64,000 nucleotides of DNA from Takakia lepidozioides (GCA_030704615.1 CM060733.1:34534001-34598000), one strand, 5' to 3'. Shown: positions 13,155 to 26,232, counted from the stretch's first letter. Made by a program: numbers and translations. Notes: generated from the sequence alone by a model not told the origin.

Positions 13155-13408
13155 ACATCACTCATATATTAAGTCGAGCCAAGTGCACCCCACGCCATGG
13201 GGAATCCACACTATGGCGCCATAGCTAGACGCGGTGAGGCTCAACTCGAGAAAGATGAGCCCACCGCGATCTGCCGTGAAGATAACAACGTCAAGTGCCC
13301 AAACATGTATTGGCTCCTAGATTGATACTTGGGTCAATCCCAAATGTCAATATATAAAAGCTAGCTATTTCCTAGCTAACTTCACACTAGTGGTAAAATA
13401 ACTTGACA
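13155..13408 (-). mobile_element. Diverged 'B' terminus of the DNMT-gypsy family
   Basis: AAGTCGAGCCA..GCACCCC, GGCTCAACTCGAGA.AGATGAGC, CGTGAAGATAA, TTCACACT and terminal AACTTGACA occur in the same order as in 25878-26230, 36875-37231 and 54095-54400. Confidence 0.75.
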
Positions 13409-13739
13409 TATGCTTAAACTTACTTGCTAGTGTCATTTATAATTTATAGTAAGATTTTGAAATGGAAGATGGAATATTTCCAATCTATCAGATTGCACAA
13501 TGTTTGAATAGATGAAAACTTTTATTCTTTATAAATGTTGGAGTGACAATTGGATTAGGCTAGTGGTGGATCAATTTCTGATTGTGTCAGACATTTGCAA
13601 ATTATTTCTTGTACGTGTAGATTAGCTGTTTTATCATGCTTTGGGGAGTCTGGGGACAAACATAAATCATTAGTAAGACTACAATTCATTAACAAATAAA
13701 TCGTATAACAAAAATCTTTAGTAATGCATGAATGTGCTT

Positions 13740-15755
13740 TGTGTTGTCACTCGGCAATGGTGGGGTAACCGAGGCAAAAATGTGAATGCCTATTGGAAGC
13801 AGACGCAAATCAACAAATGAACTAGTGTGATAAGTAGGTTGGGATGTTTGCTGGAAGAGTTTTAGGCTGTCATTGTCAGCTTCTAGCAGCAAGGCAAGGA
13901 TGTATGCATGATCTGTGCAGAGGCATGGATAGCTGAAAGAGCAGGGATAGAGTGTGGGTCCAGATTCATCTAAGAAGGCCGGATTTCAAGCTCTAGATTA
14001 TCTACGATTCCGTGTGGAAGGATAGCTACAAGAAACCTGCATGGGTACATGGTCAAGTGGAAGCCGCAGCAACAGCGGCACAATTGATCCATTACGGCAC
14101 TGCTAATGAAGGCACCTTCTTCAACACATTTCACCCTGTTTTTCCCTCTTATCAGAATTGGCCCTAAATTATCATGTTGAATTTTGCAAGTTAGCTGGTT
14201 GAGTGAAGGTCTTTGATAGTTTGGAGTGACTGACATGACACTGTCAATGTGACAACAGGAAATTATCCAGAAACGGATAACAGAGACGAGGAGAAGCTGT
14301 GGAATGAATAATTTTCTGACCCCAGTCAATGGTGGGACAATCGAGGCAAGAAGTGAATGCTTGTTGGATTATAGAGAGTAGCAGATGCAATTGAGCATAT
14401 GAACTAGTGTGATAAGTTGAGTTGGGTGTTTCCTAGAACAAATCTAGGCTGTCATCGTTAGCTGCTAGCAGCAAAGCAAGGATGTATGCATGATTTGTGC
14501 AGAGACATGGATAGCTGAGGGAGTAGGGATAGAGTTTGGGTGCAGATTCACGCAAGAGGGCCGGACTTCAACCTCCATATTAACTATGAAGCTACAAGAA
14601 ACCTGCATGGGTAGATGGTCAACTGGCAGCAGCGACACAATTGATAAATCAGACACTGCTAATAAAAGCATCTTCTGTAGCACATTTCACCCTGTTTTTC
14701 CCTCTTATCAGAATCAACCCTAAATTTCCATGTTGAATTCTGCAAGTTAGCTGGTTGAGTGAATCTAGTTTGGAGTGACTTCGACATGATACTGCTAATG
14801 TGACAACAGGAAAGTAGCAAAAAACAAGTAACAGAGATGAGGAGAAGCTGTGGAATGAGTACTTTTCTGACCCTAGTCAATGATGGGACAACCGAGGCAA
14901 AAAGGTGAATGCTTGTTATATTTCAGAGAGTAGCAGACCAAGCATAGGAACTAGTGTGATAAGCTGAGTTGGGTATTTCCTAGAACAAATCTAGGCTGTC
15001 ATTGTCAGCTCCTAGCAGCAAGGCAAGGATGAATGCATGATTTGTGCAGAGGCATGGATAGCTGAAGGAGCGGGGATAGAGTGTGGGTGCAGATTCACCC
15101 AAGAGGGCCAGACTTCAAGCTCCAGATTAAGTATGATTTCCTGTGTATCAATAGCTACAAGAAACTTGCACATGGGACGTACGTAAATGGTCAATTGGCA
15201 GCAGCGGCACAACTGATAAAATCAGACACTGCTAATGAAGACATTTTCTTCAACACATTTCACCCTGTTTTTCCCTCTTATCAGAATCAGCCCTAAATTT
15301 CCATGTTGAATTCTGCAAGTTAGCTGGTTGAGTGAATCTAGTTTGGAGTGACTTTGACATGATACTGCCAATGTGACAACAGGAAAGTAGCAAAAAACAA
15401 GTAACAGAGATGAGGAGAAGCTGTGGAATGAGTACTTTTCTGACCCTAGTCAATGATGGGACAACCGAGGCAAAAAGGTGAATGCCTGTTATATTTCAGA
15501 GAGTAGCAGATGCAAGCATAGGAACTAGTGTGATAAGCTGAGTTGGGTATTTCCTAGAACAAATCTAGGCTATCATTGTCAGTTCCTAGCAGCAAGGTAA
15601 GGATGAATGCATGATTTGTGCAGAGGCATAGATAGCTGTAGGAGAAGAGATAGAGTATGGTCCAGATTCATCCAAGAGGGCCAGATTTCAAGCTCCAGAT
15701 TACCTATGATTCCTTGTGTATCAATAGCTACAAGAAACCTGCATGGGTAAATGGT
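13740..15755 (+). pseudogene. Tandem array (~4 units of 550-580 bp) of two-exon modules encoding the OSB/PTAC9-type PDF motif
   Basis: Each unit translates to EKLWNEYFSDPSQWWDNRGKK, then GTGAATG...CAG, then IHPRGPDFKLQITYDSL(W)..SYKKPAWVDGQL. Several copies have TGG>TGA stops. Confidence 0.75.
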
Positions 15756-17184
15756 CTATTCCGTGGGACTCAATCTGTCACTGAAGTCTTGCATTATGAG
15801 GATGCCAATTGCTTGGCAGCTTACCTGCATGAGGTTGACCCTTAGGCAATCCCTAGAGCAGTAGTAGCTTTAGGGCTGCTTTTTTTACTTTGGTTTTTTC
15901 ATTTTGTCCCATAAGCACTTTGAGCTTTCCGCAGATGTAATAATTGTTTCATTTCATTTCATTTTTGTTTCATGGCATGTCTTTCATTGTTTTCGCATTT
16001 CTAATGACATGATTAGTTCTCTTGTATGGCATTACATGCGTATGTACTAGTCGGCTCATTACAAACACCAAAACTTCAAAGCATGAACCACTATAAATGA
16101 TTGTTCAAGTAATTTCGCCGAAATAACGACTCAAAAACGACTGGGACGCCGAAATAACGACTCAAAAAACGACTGGAAACCCAGTCGTTTCAGTAAAAAA
16201 ATGACTGGGTGACTACGAGTCCGAAAGGATAAAACCTATCGGACAACCCAGTCGTTCTGGTCATTATGTGGTCGGAATCGTTCCAGTTAGTCGTGACACC
16301 GACTGCAGGGTAATTTTTTTAAGGTGTGACAACGTTGCGTCGCCAAGCGTGGCGTTGACTGAATCTTGGACCTTGACCACAATGGACTTTTGACCGGGGG
16401 GTTCCGACTCCCCACCGTGTGCACGCTGGGAATACAGCCGCGTGGCTCGATGTGAAAACTCCACGTGTTCTCTTGGTGGCAGGATACTCGCCGTAGCCGC
16501 GTTGCGCTTCATGCTACTGAATAGTTACGATCTCGTACTACACGAGTACTAACCACTAGTTCAAAAATAACTAGCAAGTTGTTTCAATGACTGCACAGTC
16601 AGACTGCGAAGTTGTGAACTACGTCTCGGAGTGCTGGACTCGTCGTAGCGACCGGACTAACGGTTATCTTCAAGGACACACGTGGCTTCCCGGGTCTCGC
16701 CACATGCAGGCCTGAGGCCACAACACGTGGCGCAGTGAGTTGTCTGCTGGTTGCCTTCACGACTTGCAAGTGGAGTCGACAACTGGAGTGTTGAAGTGAC
16801 AGATGCAACTGGAGGTTTGAAATACATTACCTTACTAGTGACTACATCGACTTTGGGTTGGGAACCAGGCACTCCTGCTGGTTGCACTAACTTGGGGTTT
16901 GTGACTTGTTGTTCATACATGTGCAATATTGTTTCTGCTATGTCTGAATAGCAATACGGATGCTACAATCGATCTACTATGACATTGCAACCAACACAAT
17001 CCCTGCACACTGGGTATGATCATGTCATTGCCTATGTGATTCAGACTTTAGAACATACAGACCATGCCATCAATGCATGAAATCAAATGAACTGCATGAA
17101 GAAGAGTACGTGATAATGTATTAAGATAACACCTCAAAACTACCCCATACAGTGCACAAATCCATGAGTCCATAACGACCAAGA

Positions 17185-18990
17185 TTGGAACCTGTTTATG
17201 GATACTTTTGTGTTGTCACTTTGGCAGTATCATGTCAAAGTCACTCCAAACTATCAACGGTTCACTCAACCAGCTAACTTGCATGAAAATTTAGGGTCGA
17301 TTCTGATAAGAGGGGAAAACAGGGTGAAGTGTGTTGAAGAAGGTGCCTTGATTAGCAGTGACTGATTTTATGAATTGTGCCGCTGCTGCTGTGGCTTCCA
17401 GTTGACCATGTACCCATGCAGGTTTCCCTTCCACAAGGAATCATAGGTAATCTGGAGCTTGAAATCCGGCCCTCTTGGATGAATCTGGACCCACACTCTA
17501 TCCCTGCTCCTTCAGCTATCCATGCATATGCACAAATCATGCATCATCCTTGCACTTGTTGCTAACATATGACAATGACAGCAATATAGAGTTGTTCTAG
17601 GAAACACCCAACTAGCTTATTACTCTATGCTGAATTGTGTCGGCTACTCTCTGTAATCTAACAGACATTCACCTTTTGGTCTCGATTGTCCCACCGTCGA
17701 CTAGGGTCAGAAACGTGTTCATTCCCCAGCTTCTCCTCATCTCTATTACCTATTTTTCGATACTTTCCTGGTGTCACATTGGCAGTATCATGTCAAAGTC
17801 ACTCCAAACTAGATTCACTCAACCAGCTAACTTGCAAAATTCAACATGGAAATTTAGAGCCGGTTCTGATAAGAGGGAAAAACATGGTGAAATGTGTTGA
17901 AGAAGGTGCCTTCATTAGCAGTGCCTGATTTTATCAATTGTCCCGCTGCTGCTGCAACTTCCAGTTGACCATCTTCCCATGCAGGTTTATTGTAGCTATC
18001 CTTCCACAGGGAATCATAGGTAATCTGGAGGTTGAAATCCGGCCCTCTTGGATGAATCTGGACCCACACCCTATCTTTGCTCCTTCAACCATCCATGCCT
18101 CTGCACAAATCATGCATACATCCTTGCCTTGCTGCTAGCAGCTGATAATGACAGTCTACATTTGCTCTAGGAAACACCCAACTCAGCTTATCACACTCAT
18201 TCCTATGCTGAATTGCGTCTGCTACTCTCTATAATTATACAGACATTACCTTTTTGCCTCGGTTATCCCACCATTGACTGGGGTCAGAAAAATACTCATT
18301 CCACAGCTTCTCATCATCTTTGTTACCTGTTTCTGGATACTTTATTGTTGTCACTTTGGGAGTATCATGTCAAAGTCACTCCAAACTATCAAAGGTTCAC
18401 TCAACCAGCTAATTTGCAGAATTCAACATGGAAGAAGAAGGATTCTGATAAGAGGAAAAAACAGGGTGAAATGTGTTGAAGAAGGTGCCCTCATTAGCAG
18501 TGTCTGGGTTTATCAATTGTGACGTCGCTGCCGCTGTGGCTTCCAGTTGACCATCAACCCATGCAGGTTTCTTGTAGCAATCCTTCCACAAAGAATCGTA
18601 GGTAATGTGGAGCTTGAAATGCGGCCCTCTTGGATGAATCTGGACCCACACTCTATCCATGCTCCTTAATTGCCTCTGCACACATCATGCATACATCCTT
18701 GCCTTGCTACTAGAAATTGACAATCACAGCCTACATCTGTTCTAGGAAACACCCAACTCAACTTATCACTCTAGTTCCTATGCTCAATTGCATCTGCTAC
18801 TCTTTGTAATCCAACAGGCATTCACCTTTTTGCTCGATTGTCCTACCGGTGACTGGGTCAGAAAAGTATTAATTCCATAACTTTTCCTCGTCTCTGTTAC
18901 CTGTTTCTGGATACTAACCTTGTTGTCACATTGGCAGTATTATGTCAAAGTCACTCCAAACTATTTAAGGTTCACTCAACCAGCTAATTT
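17185..18990 (-). pseudogene. Second PDF-motif exon/intron array (~3 units), inverted relative to the first
   Basis: ORFs 17854..18069 and 18409..18681 contain IHPRGP(D/H)F.L.ITYDSLWKD. Unit period is ~570 bp. Confidence 0.75.
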
Positions 18991-19327
18991 GCACCCATTC
19001 TTCCCATGAGTGGAGTGACACAGCCCCACTTGCAGTCAGTCTATCCTGCTGTTCAACAAAGTATAATGTCACATACCATCCTTGTGGATATGGCGGCATC
19101 ACACGCAAGTCTGCCATCCTCCGCTGTCATGGGATCTGCTAGTAGTGTTATGCTTCCTAGTCCAATTCCTGCTGTCCATAATGTCCCTACTGCTGGTCCT
19201 AGTATGTCACAGGCTCATATTGTGCCTACATGTTGCCCTGTTCACAGTTCTTATACTCCTGGCAATTTGATCAATGTCTCCCCGTGCCATTCTATGCCAC
19301 AATTGGCAACCCAACCCTATCCAGAGT

Positions 19328-20774
19328 CAAGGACGCTACTGCGTGAGCCTGGCGTGTGAGCGTATGAGCGTACGCTCACACAATGGTGATGTGGCGTGAG
19401 CCTACACTCACAGCGCTGACGTGGCGCTGATGCTAATGTGGCGTGAGCCCACCCAAGGTCGTGCCACGTCACCATCTGAAGCCTATAACCGTGGAGCCTA
19501 TAACTGTGGGATTTCACCATCTGAAGGTGAGATGGGTTAAGGGTTTAGGGCATCCGCAGAGATCAACCTCGTCACACGAGGTTGATTTCAGAGAATCAAG
19601 AAATGAATCTTGTGTTAACACGAGGTTGATTTCAAGTTCCGAGAATGTTCATTTGAATGTGACTTGATGTGTTCGCAAGTGAACAAATGAGTTTGAGGAA
19701 CGAATGCAACAAATGGTAGATGCACGCACAATACGATTGATGACGTGACATACACCGATAGACATATGACTTCATTTTTTTTTTAATTATTATTATTATT
19801 ACTATTTTAAAATCCCTGGGGGTGATGCAAATCAACCTTGCGTTGACGCAACCTTGATTTGAGAAATGAAAACATATTATATATATATATTTCCTCCTTG
19901 GGGGGTGATGCAAATCAACCTTGCGTTGACGCAACATTGATTTGAGAAATAAAAGCATCATTTTTTGAAGTTTGTTTTGTTTTGTTTTGTTTTTTTTTTT
20001 TCCGTCGGGGATGATGCAAATCAACCTTGCGTTGACGCAACATTGATTTGAGAAATGAAAGCATCATTTTTTGAATTTGTTTTTTTTTTCCTCCCTGGGG
20101 GATGATACAAATCAACCTTGGGTTGACGCAACCTTGATTTGAGAAATGAAAACATTTTGTTTTGAAGGTTTTTATTTTTATTATTTTATTATTTTTCTGG
20201 GAGGGTGATGCAAATCAACCTTGCGTTGACGCAACCTTGATTTGAGAAATGAAAGCATCCCTTTTTGAGGACTGTTTTTTGTATTTGTATGGTTGCTGGC
20301 CATGTTGTTCTTCGTTTCGTGTCTTACATTGCAAGTCTTGCCAACCTGTTCTGCACCACGTTTTTTCATAAACCGCAAAGTCGCTTTAGGAATTTCTTGG
20401 TGTTTGTCTGGAGAGCATCTATCAATGAAAAATGGATGTGAATTGGGGGGAAGGAACTTTGTTAGAACAAACTCATTCTCCCTCGTGTTCATTACGTAAC
20501 GAGACATTGTACTCTCTGCAATATCTTGTGCCCGTGGACAAAAACCATCCACAAACCACCTTGATTTTCTCATCCAACCAAGATTTGGATGAGGGATGAG
20601 ACTTCTTGGAAAATAAAGTTGGCAAATCTGGGGCGTGGTAGTCGCCTACAATTCCGCGGAAATAGGTGGCATCCACGGAATTAGGTCCTACACGTGGGAA
20701 ACCTTGCTGACGTGGCGTGAGCCTGGCTAGGCTCACGCGCTCCACGCGGCCAGGCTCACGCGCAAGCATTCCCC
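19328..20774. mobile_element. Non-autonomous Mutator-like element
   Basis: Imperfect TIRs built on GCGTGAGCCTGG/CCAGGCTCACGC. TSD ATCCAGAGT (19319-19327) / ATCCAAAGT (20775-20783). Termini resemble those of 45888-49950. Confidence 0.8.
19815..20260 (+). repeat. Internal tandem repeat GATGCAAATCAACCTTGCGTTGACGCAACCTTGATTTGAGAAATGAAA
   Basis: Five copies at ~85-110 bp period, each containing a TTGCGTTGACGCAA imperfect palindrome (one copy carries a substitution). Confidence 0.9.
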
Positions 20775-21780
20775 ATCCAAAGTATACTATGGGGGAAGAC
20801 TTTGATCAGTATTTACAAATGTTGGAAGATATTGCTGCAGTTAATGGAGTCCTTCAAAATTTTAAAGTCGCTATATTTAGGATGAGCATGAAGGGGGCTG
20901 CTAGGAATCTATTGTATGCAGCTGTTATGGATGATCCTCAACTTAGTTGGGCATCTGTAGTTGAGTGGGCCTGGACCTTGTTCAAACCCAGGGAGCGTCC
21001 ATTGGACTGCTTCACCAAATTCTCCTCGCGCACCTACAAGCCAGGTGAGTCGCTATGGCAGTAGTACATTGACCTGAAATCTGCTGCAGTAGAAAATATT
21101 ACTGATGTACGTGAGAGAGATCGCATGGTTAGAGTGTTCTTTTTTCTTGGCTTACCTCCTACTATCTAGGCTTGGGCTCAACGCCGCTATTTTGTAAATG
21201 ATAAGACCATGCTAGCAGAGATTAGCTTAAAAATGGCAAACTTCAGCAAATCAATCCAGCGGCCCCATGCCAAGTTTCAAGCTCTCGTGGGCTTAGAGCT
21301 TGGCATGAATGCAACATCTCCTCCATATGTTCCTGCTGCTATGCAATGCAAACCAGGTGAATTCACCCTCCAAGGGTTGGCTAATACTGTGGGTAGTCTT
21401 AGTGAGTCGGTAGCTACTCAACTCGCTGCCATGCATGCCATGCAGGTTAATCAGCGTGCCAATTGGCCAATTGCCCGTACGGAAGTAAACATGACAGAAA
21501 TCATCCGCCGCAGTCGATTAAAATATTTATTTTGAAGTTGAAATTTGAATTTATGTGTGACGATCCATGCATCTATGTCGAGGTGTCATATCTTGGTGAT
21601 GATGGATGGCTGTGTTACATAGAACATGTTGAACATGCATGATATATGGTTTTAGCGGATTCTCCCGTCTGTTAGGGGCTGTACATTCTCTGGAAATGAC
21701 AGTGTACATTACGGCCGATGTAATGCACTGCTGCTCATCTTTTACAAAAAGAAAAAGAAATGTGCCCAGTTCTTTACGCT

Positions 21781-21895
21781 GGGGAGGGCCTCTCGTGTCG
21801 GGCCCTCCACTAATTTTCTGCTTCTGCCCTGGCGCCTAGGGCTACCGCCCTTGGGCAGAAAATTAGTGGAGGGCCCTCCGCTCGAGGCCCTCCCG
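21781..21895. repeat. GC-rich hairpin (inverted repeat)
   Basis: GGGAGGGCCTC..GGGCCCTCCACTAATTTTCTGC pairs with GCAGAAAATTAGTGGAGGGCCC..GAGGCCCTCCC. Confidence 0.85.
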
Positions 21896-22627
21896 TTAGC
21901 CCTATACATTGCAGAAACCCTTCATTATTAAGCACTTGTACCGTGAAGGGTTCATCGAGGCTTGAACCCTTCACTATTAAACTTAGACTTTCATTTGCAA
22001 GTTTCCTTTTTCTTAGCCCTTCATGATGAAAGGTTCAGATTTTATCTGGCCTTTCTTTTGAAGGGCCCTGATTTTCTTGCCCTTCATATGGAGCATTTTT
22101 GCAAGTAATAGACACTGCTATGCAGGTTGTCGCACCCAAAACGGAAAAATTAGCAGGCTGCCCGTGCCTAGAGGAAGGCAACTTGCAAGGCGTAGAGAGG
22201 TGGGGGAAAAGCGTGCCGGGCTCCAAGAGCAGTACGGTTGCACGGGAGATGGCCCATAATTTACGCTTCCTTGGGGGGGCGTCAAATAGTAAATATTAAT
22301 ATCGATATTATTAATTGGTGATAGCCCGTGCCACGTAGGCTACCTAGTGACACCGGGAACAACCATAGTAAAATGATGATTTACCGATGTTGATAACATC
22401 AGGTCTGAACTGACCCTAATAATTAGGGTCTCTTACAATTCAATCTGGCAATTATGTAAAGCACAATGGGCAGCTCTGCAGCCTTGGATCGGCTGTACAT
22501 CGTTTTGAGCTGTACACAGTGAAGCTGGGTATAATGCAAACTGCCTATTCTGCTTCTTAATTTGTCTCTAAAGCGCATAATCTGCCTCAAAGATCCTTCA
22601 TGATTTCGGAAGCCAAAGGGAAGGGAG

Positions 22628-22905
22628 CAGTGATTTTTTTCTTAAATTTGAAAAATAGCACGAATGGCTACAAGAAATAGCTATATATTCTGTTCATCCA
22701 CTGAAAATTTGGATAGAATCATCCTCCTATGTACTTTCATCCATTTATATCATCCACATTTGGCAAATTCATCCATCTTTTTTTTTCCACTTGTAGAAGT
22801 TTGGCGATTTCATCCATGAAAAAACAGGGAATTTTCGACAGAATATTCCATTTTAATGTTTTGAGGTTGCCATTTGGCGATTTTTCGCCAGGGAAAAAAA
22901 CACTG
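22628..22905. mobile_element. hAT-type MITE, copy 1
   Basis: CAGTG...CACTG termini and a perfect 8-bp TSD GAAGGGAG (22620-22627, 22906-22913). Confidence 0.9.
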
Positions 22906-23911
22906 GAAGGGAGAAGTTAGACACACCACACACAACAAGGCAGTGTTTTCTTTCTCATTTGTCGAAAGTAGCGGGAGTGTACTCTACCTGGTGCGCCAAG
23001 TGGCCGGAAAACATGAGCTGGCACCTCTAGAAATTCCGCTTACTGACAACTGGCAAGTGTTAACAGGTCCACGTTGACAATCATACGAATTTTCCTCTCG
23101 TTCATCTCTCCCGTTTTGGCGGAAAATGGGAAAAAAATGCCGAAGGTGACTACTTTGATGTTAATCATTTGTGCATGTACTAAATGTTGGCCGAAGGGTA
23201 TCACATTTTGAGGGAACGACAACTTGTTCCAAGGAAACGAACTGCATCTAAGTTATGTCGTCTGAACGGAAAGGATTTTGGGGGCAGATTCTGCCTTTTT
23301 TGAAGCAAATTAAAATGCAGAAGATCGACGCTCCACGGCGCTGGCGCATTCCGCATTCCTAATCGGCTGCTTGACTGCCATAATCGGCAGTTTGACTTTT
23401 AATGGCTCATTATGGCCTGCAGCCAATCAGGGCCTCGCAGAATCTGCCCCCAAAATTCCTTTATTCATGTTTTTGTTTTCTAATTTCCACATTTTCTACA
23501 TTTATGTGTTTTTATTTCCTTTTTCATTTGACAAGTGACAACCGTTACGCTTGAGGGGATCGGAGACTTTCCAACTTCAACCCACATCCAATTCAATGAA
23601 TTTAGGGCTCAAACCAGCCCCTGCCCAACTTAAAAATTCATATCTCCCTCCAAATTAGGGATCGAGGAAGGATGAAAGTTCATTTGTCTGTGTGCCTAAA
23701 CATTTTGTGGATAGTTTTTCTATCTATTTTCTTATTGTTTTGCTTGTATGTTTGGATGATAAAGTAGACCTAGTGTACCCATAATCATCCAATTGGATGC
23801 TTAACTCATCCTGAGGACGTCTTGTGGGATCAAAATCATGAAACACATTTTTTTTAAAAAAAATTTGAGGGAGAATTTATGGGATAAATAAAACCCTTCC
23901 CTCATACTCTG

Positions 23912-24159
23912 CAGTGATTTTTTTCTTAAATTTGAAAAATAGCACGAGTGGCTACAAGAAATAGCTATATCATCCTCCTATGTACTTTCATCCATTTTAT
24001 ATCATCCACATTTGGCGAATTCATCCATTGTTTTCTTTCCCCTTGTAGAAGATTGGCGATTTCATCCATGAAAAAACTGGGAATTTATGACAGAATATTC
24101 CATTTTAATGTTTTGAGGTCGCCATTTGGCGATTTTTCGCCAAAAAAAACAAAACACTG
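23912..24159. mobile_element. hAT-type MITE, copy 2
   Basis: Homologous to copy 1 with an internal deletion. CAGTG...CACTG termini and 8-bp TSD ATACTCTG (23904-23911, 24160-24167). Confidence 0.9.
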
Positions 24160-25107
24160 ATACTCTGTTTCCATGCGATAATGCCCATTGCGACGCACAA
24201 TCTCCCTTCGGCCTGCATCAGTCAGTTTCACAGTGAGGTTGTGCCTGCCCAAAGCGATGGAACTGCAGCTTTCGTGCTCAAACAATCGGAACGGCTCCTC
24301 CCTCAAAAATGAGCTTTTTGGCGAGCAAAAACACGGTGCAACAAGGTAGCAGGATTTGAACAAAAGAATCACCGGGTGACAGTCGCTGCTTTACCAGACT
24401 GAGCTAATGGACTGGATGTGATAATGCCCAAGTACTACTCTAAATTATCACATGTGCTGTAAATTAGTACAGTGCCAAACAATCATGGGCCATGGCAGGG
24501 ACGCGCGTTGATAGAGAAATGATGTGGCGACTTGAAAGTTTACAAAGAGGTTCCGGCGAAGCAAGATCGGTAGCTCATCACGTTTTCATGGGCGTTATAG
24601 CTCGAATGCTTATTGCCAAGAGACACAAGGAAGAACGATATTGAGGATAGGCACAGACATAAAGTTGTACAGCTGAAAGTTCAAGTCCGAAGATCTGCAA
24701 ACTGGGTCGAGGACGGAGGAAGGTCCGAAGTACTAATCTCGTAATTTCCGTTTTGAGGTTATTTGAATGCTCTCAGCTTCCGAAACATCTTAGACATCGA
24801 TTTGCAGTGACTCATTGACGTACTCGCGTCCCTTCTGGAGGAAAAAAACTTCCAGAAAGCATGGGAATCGTAGCTGAGCCAAAGCTGCAAGTGATCTTGA
24901 AAGACCGAACTGTGGTTGCTCCAGTGTTCCTACCAAAAATCATGTGATGTATCTTTCCAACCTGGATCAGCCTCTACAACACGTTTTCTTTTCTTGTATC
25001 ATGCCAATTCTACCAAAAACAATGACAATCTTGAAAATACTGATTTCACTGCTTGCTCATAGCTGTTTACAGAGTAGCCAGTAAGTTATGAAGAAGCTAT
25101 CCAACAC

Positions 25108-25417
25108 TATTGAAACACTGAGAAGTACGCGGCTTATCAATCTACAAGGCAATCCATCGAAATCAATGATGCTCACGCATCTGTAAGCTTAACTACACCA
25201 CGCTATGAACATACATAAAAACTAACTAAGTATCGTCTGCCACCAAAAATACAAGTACTTCTAAGTGCGGGAGATCCAACTAGCTAGAGATTCAAAATGT
25301 GACTGACTGGAATCTGTGATTGTGACTGCTCGGTGGACTGCCACCTAGTTGCTGACTATGACTATTCGACCAACATGGTCCAGATGTTAATGACGGACTG
25401 GATCTTCGATTTCAACA
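25108..25417 (-). repeat. Probable 3' LTR of the Ty1/copia element
   Basis: On the minus strand a polypurine tract GAGTGGGAG (25418-25426) precedes TGTTGAAA, just after the RNase H stop. The left boundary (TATTGAAA at 25108) is tentative. Confidence 0.5.
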
Positions 25418-25448
25418 CTCCCACTCAGTCCGACATTGTATGCATGCT

Positions 25449-25790
25449 TCAAAGATCGTTTGCACAGAGATTGCTTGCTGGGGAATGCAACCCAAGCATG
25501 GAGCGAAAACGAAAGAACTTGTCTGGACCAAGAGCCTTCGTAAAAATATCGGCAATCTGATCGTTCGTGTGAACATACTGAATATCAATTTCTCCCTTCG
25601 CCTGGTTCTCGCTATGACATGGTACTGAACGTCTATGTGCTTTGTTCGACGATGGTACTCTGGATTGTGAACCAGTCTGATGCAACTCTGGTTATCGCTG
25701 TGAAGTGGGGTGGGTGTCTTCTGTGAATGTCTAATGGAGTCCATGAGTCTCCGTAACCAAATAATCTCCCTCGTAGCCATGTGAGCCGCA
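25449..25790 (-). pseudogene. Ty1/copia RNase H, C-terminal part
   Basis: ATREIIWLRRL..LHSDNQSCI..NPEYHRRTKHIDVQYH and YVHTNDQIADIFTKALG. Confidence 0.92.
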
Positions 25791-25877
25791 TGTCGTGCGC
25801 ATACATATCGCTACACAACTACATCGCTGTCCAAACCACACCACACATATATGCACAATAAAGTAGTCTGCCACAAT
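25791..25877 (-). repeat. Terminal repeat A (87 bp), terminal copy
   Basis: Appears identical to 26233-26319. Confidence 0.95.
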
Positions 25878-26230
25878 GATAAACAAGCTAAAAAGGACAT
25901 ACACTTCCAACACAAGAAAATAAAAATCCATCGCTATCACTCATTGAAACTGAAGTCGAGCCAGGGGCACCCCAAGCTATGGGGACTCCACCCCACAACA
26001 ACCTGTATCCCTACATAAGCACACTAAAACCTAAACACATGCAGGAGCTCGGTCGCGCAGGCTCAACTCGAGAGAGATGAGCCACGCGACTGCCGCTCTC
26101 GTGAAGATAAGCCATTCAGGTGTCAAACTAAACTTGACACCTGATTTAACACTTGACCTAAATCCAAGTGTTAAATACAATAACTAGCTTTATTCTAGTT
26201 GTTTTCACACTGTGCTTATTTAACTTGACA
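25878..26230 (-). repeat. Terminal repeat B (~355 bp), internal copy
   Basis: Near-identical to 36875-37231. Confidence 0.95.
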
Positions 26231-26232
26231 GC

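Larger units (their letters stand above)
19006..21480 (+). pseudogene. Retrotransposon gag-like remnant interrupted by a Mutator-like insertion
   Basis: Removing 19328-20774 and one TSD copy rejoins ..LATQPYP-KYTMGEDFDQYL..MSMKGAARNLL..YKPGESLW in frame, which looks like a retrotransposon gag (capsid) region. Confidence 0.6.

Noticed and set aside
15760-17180. Gene or defined element in the spacer between the PDF arrays
   Set aside because: It contains only short ORFs without recognisable motifs and a few AACGACT repeats; no termini could be established.
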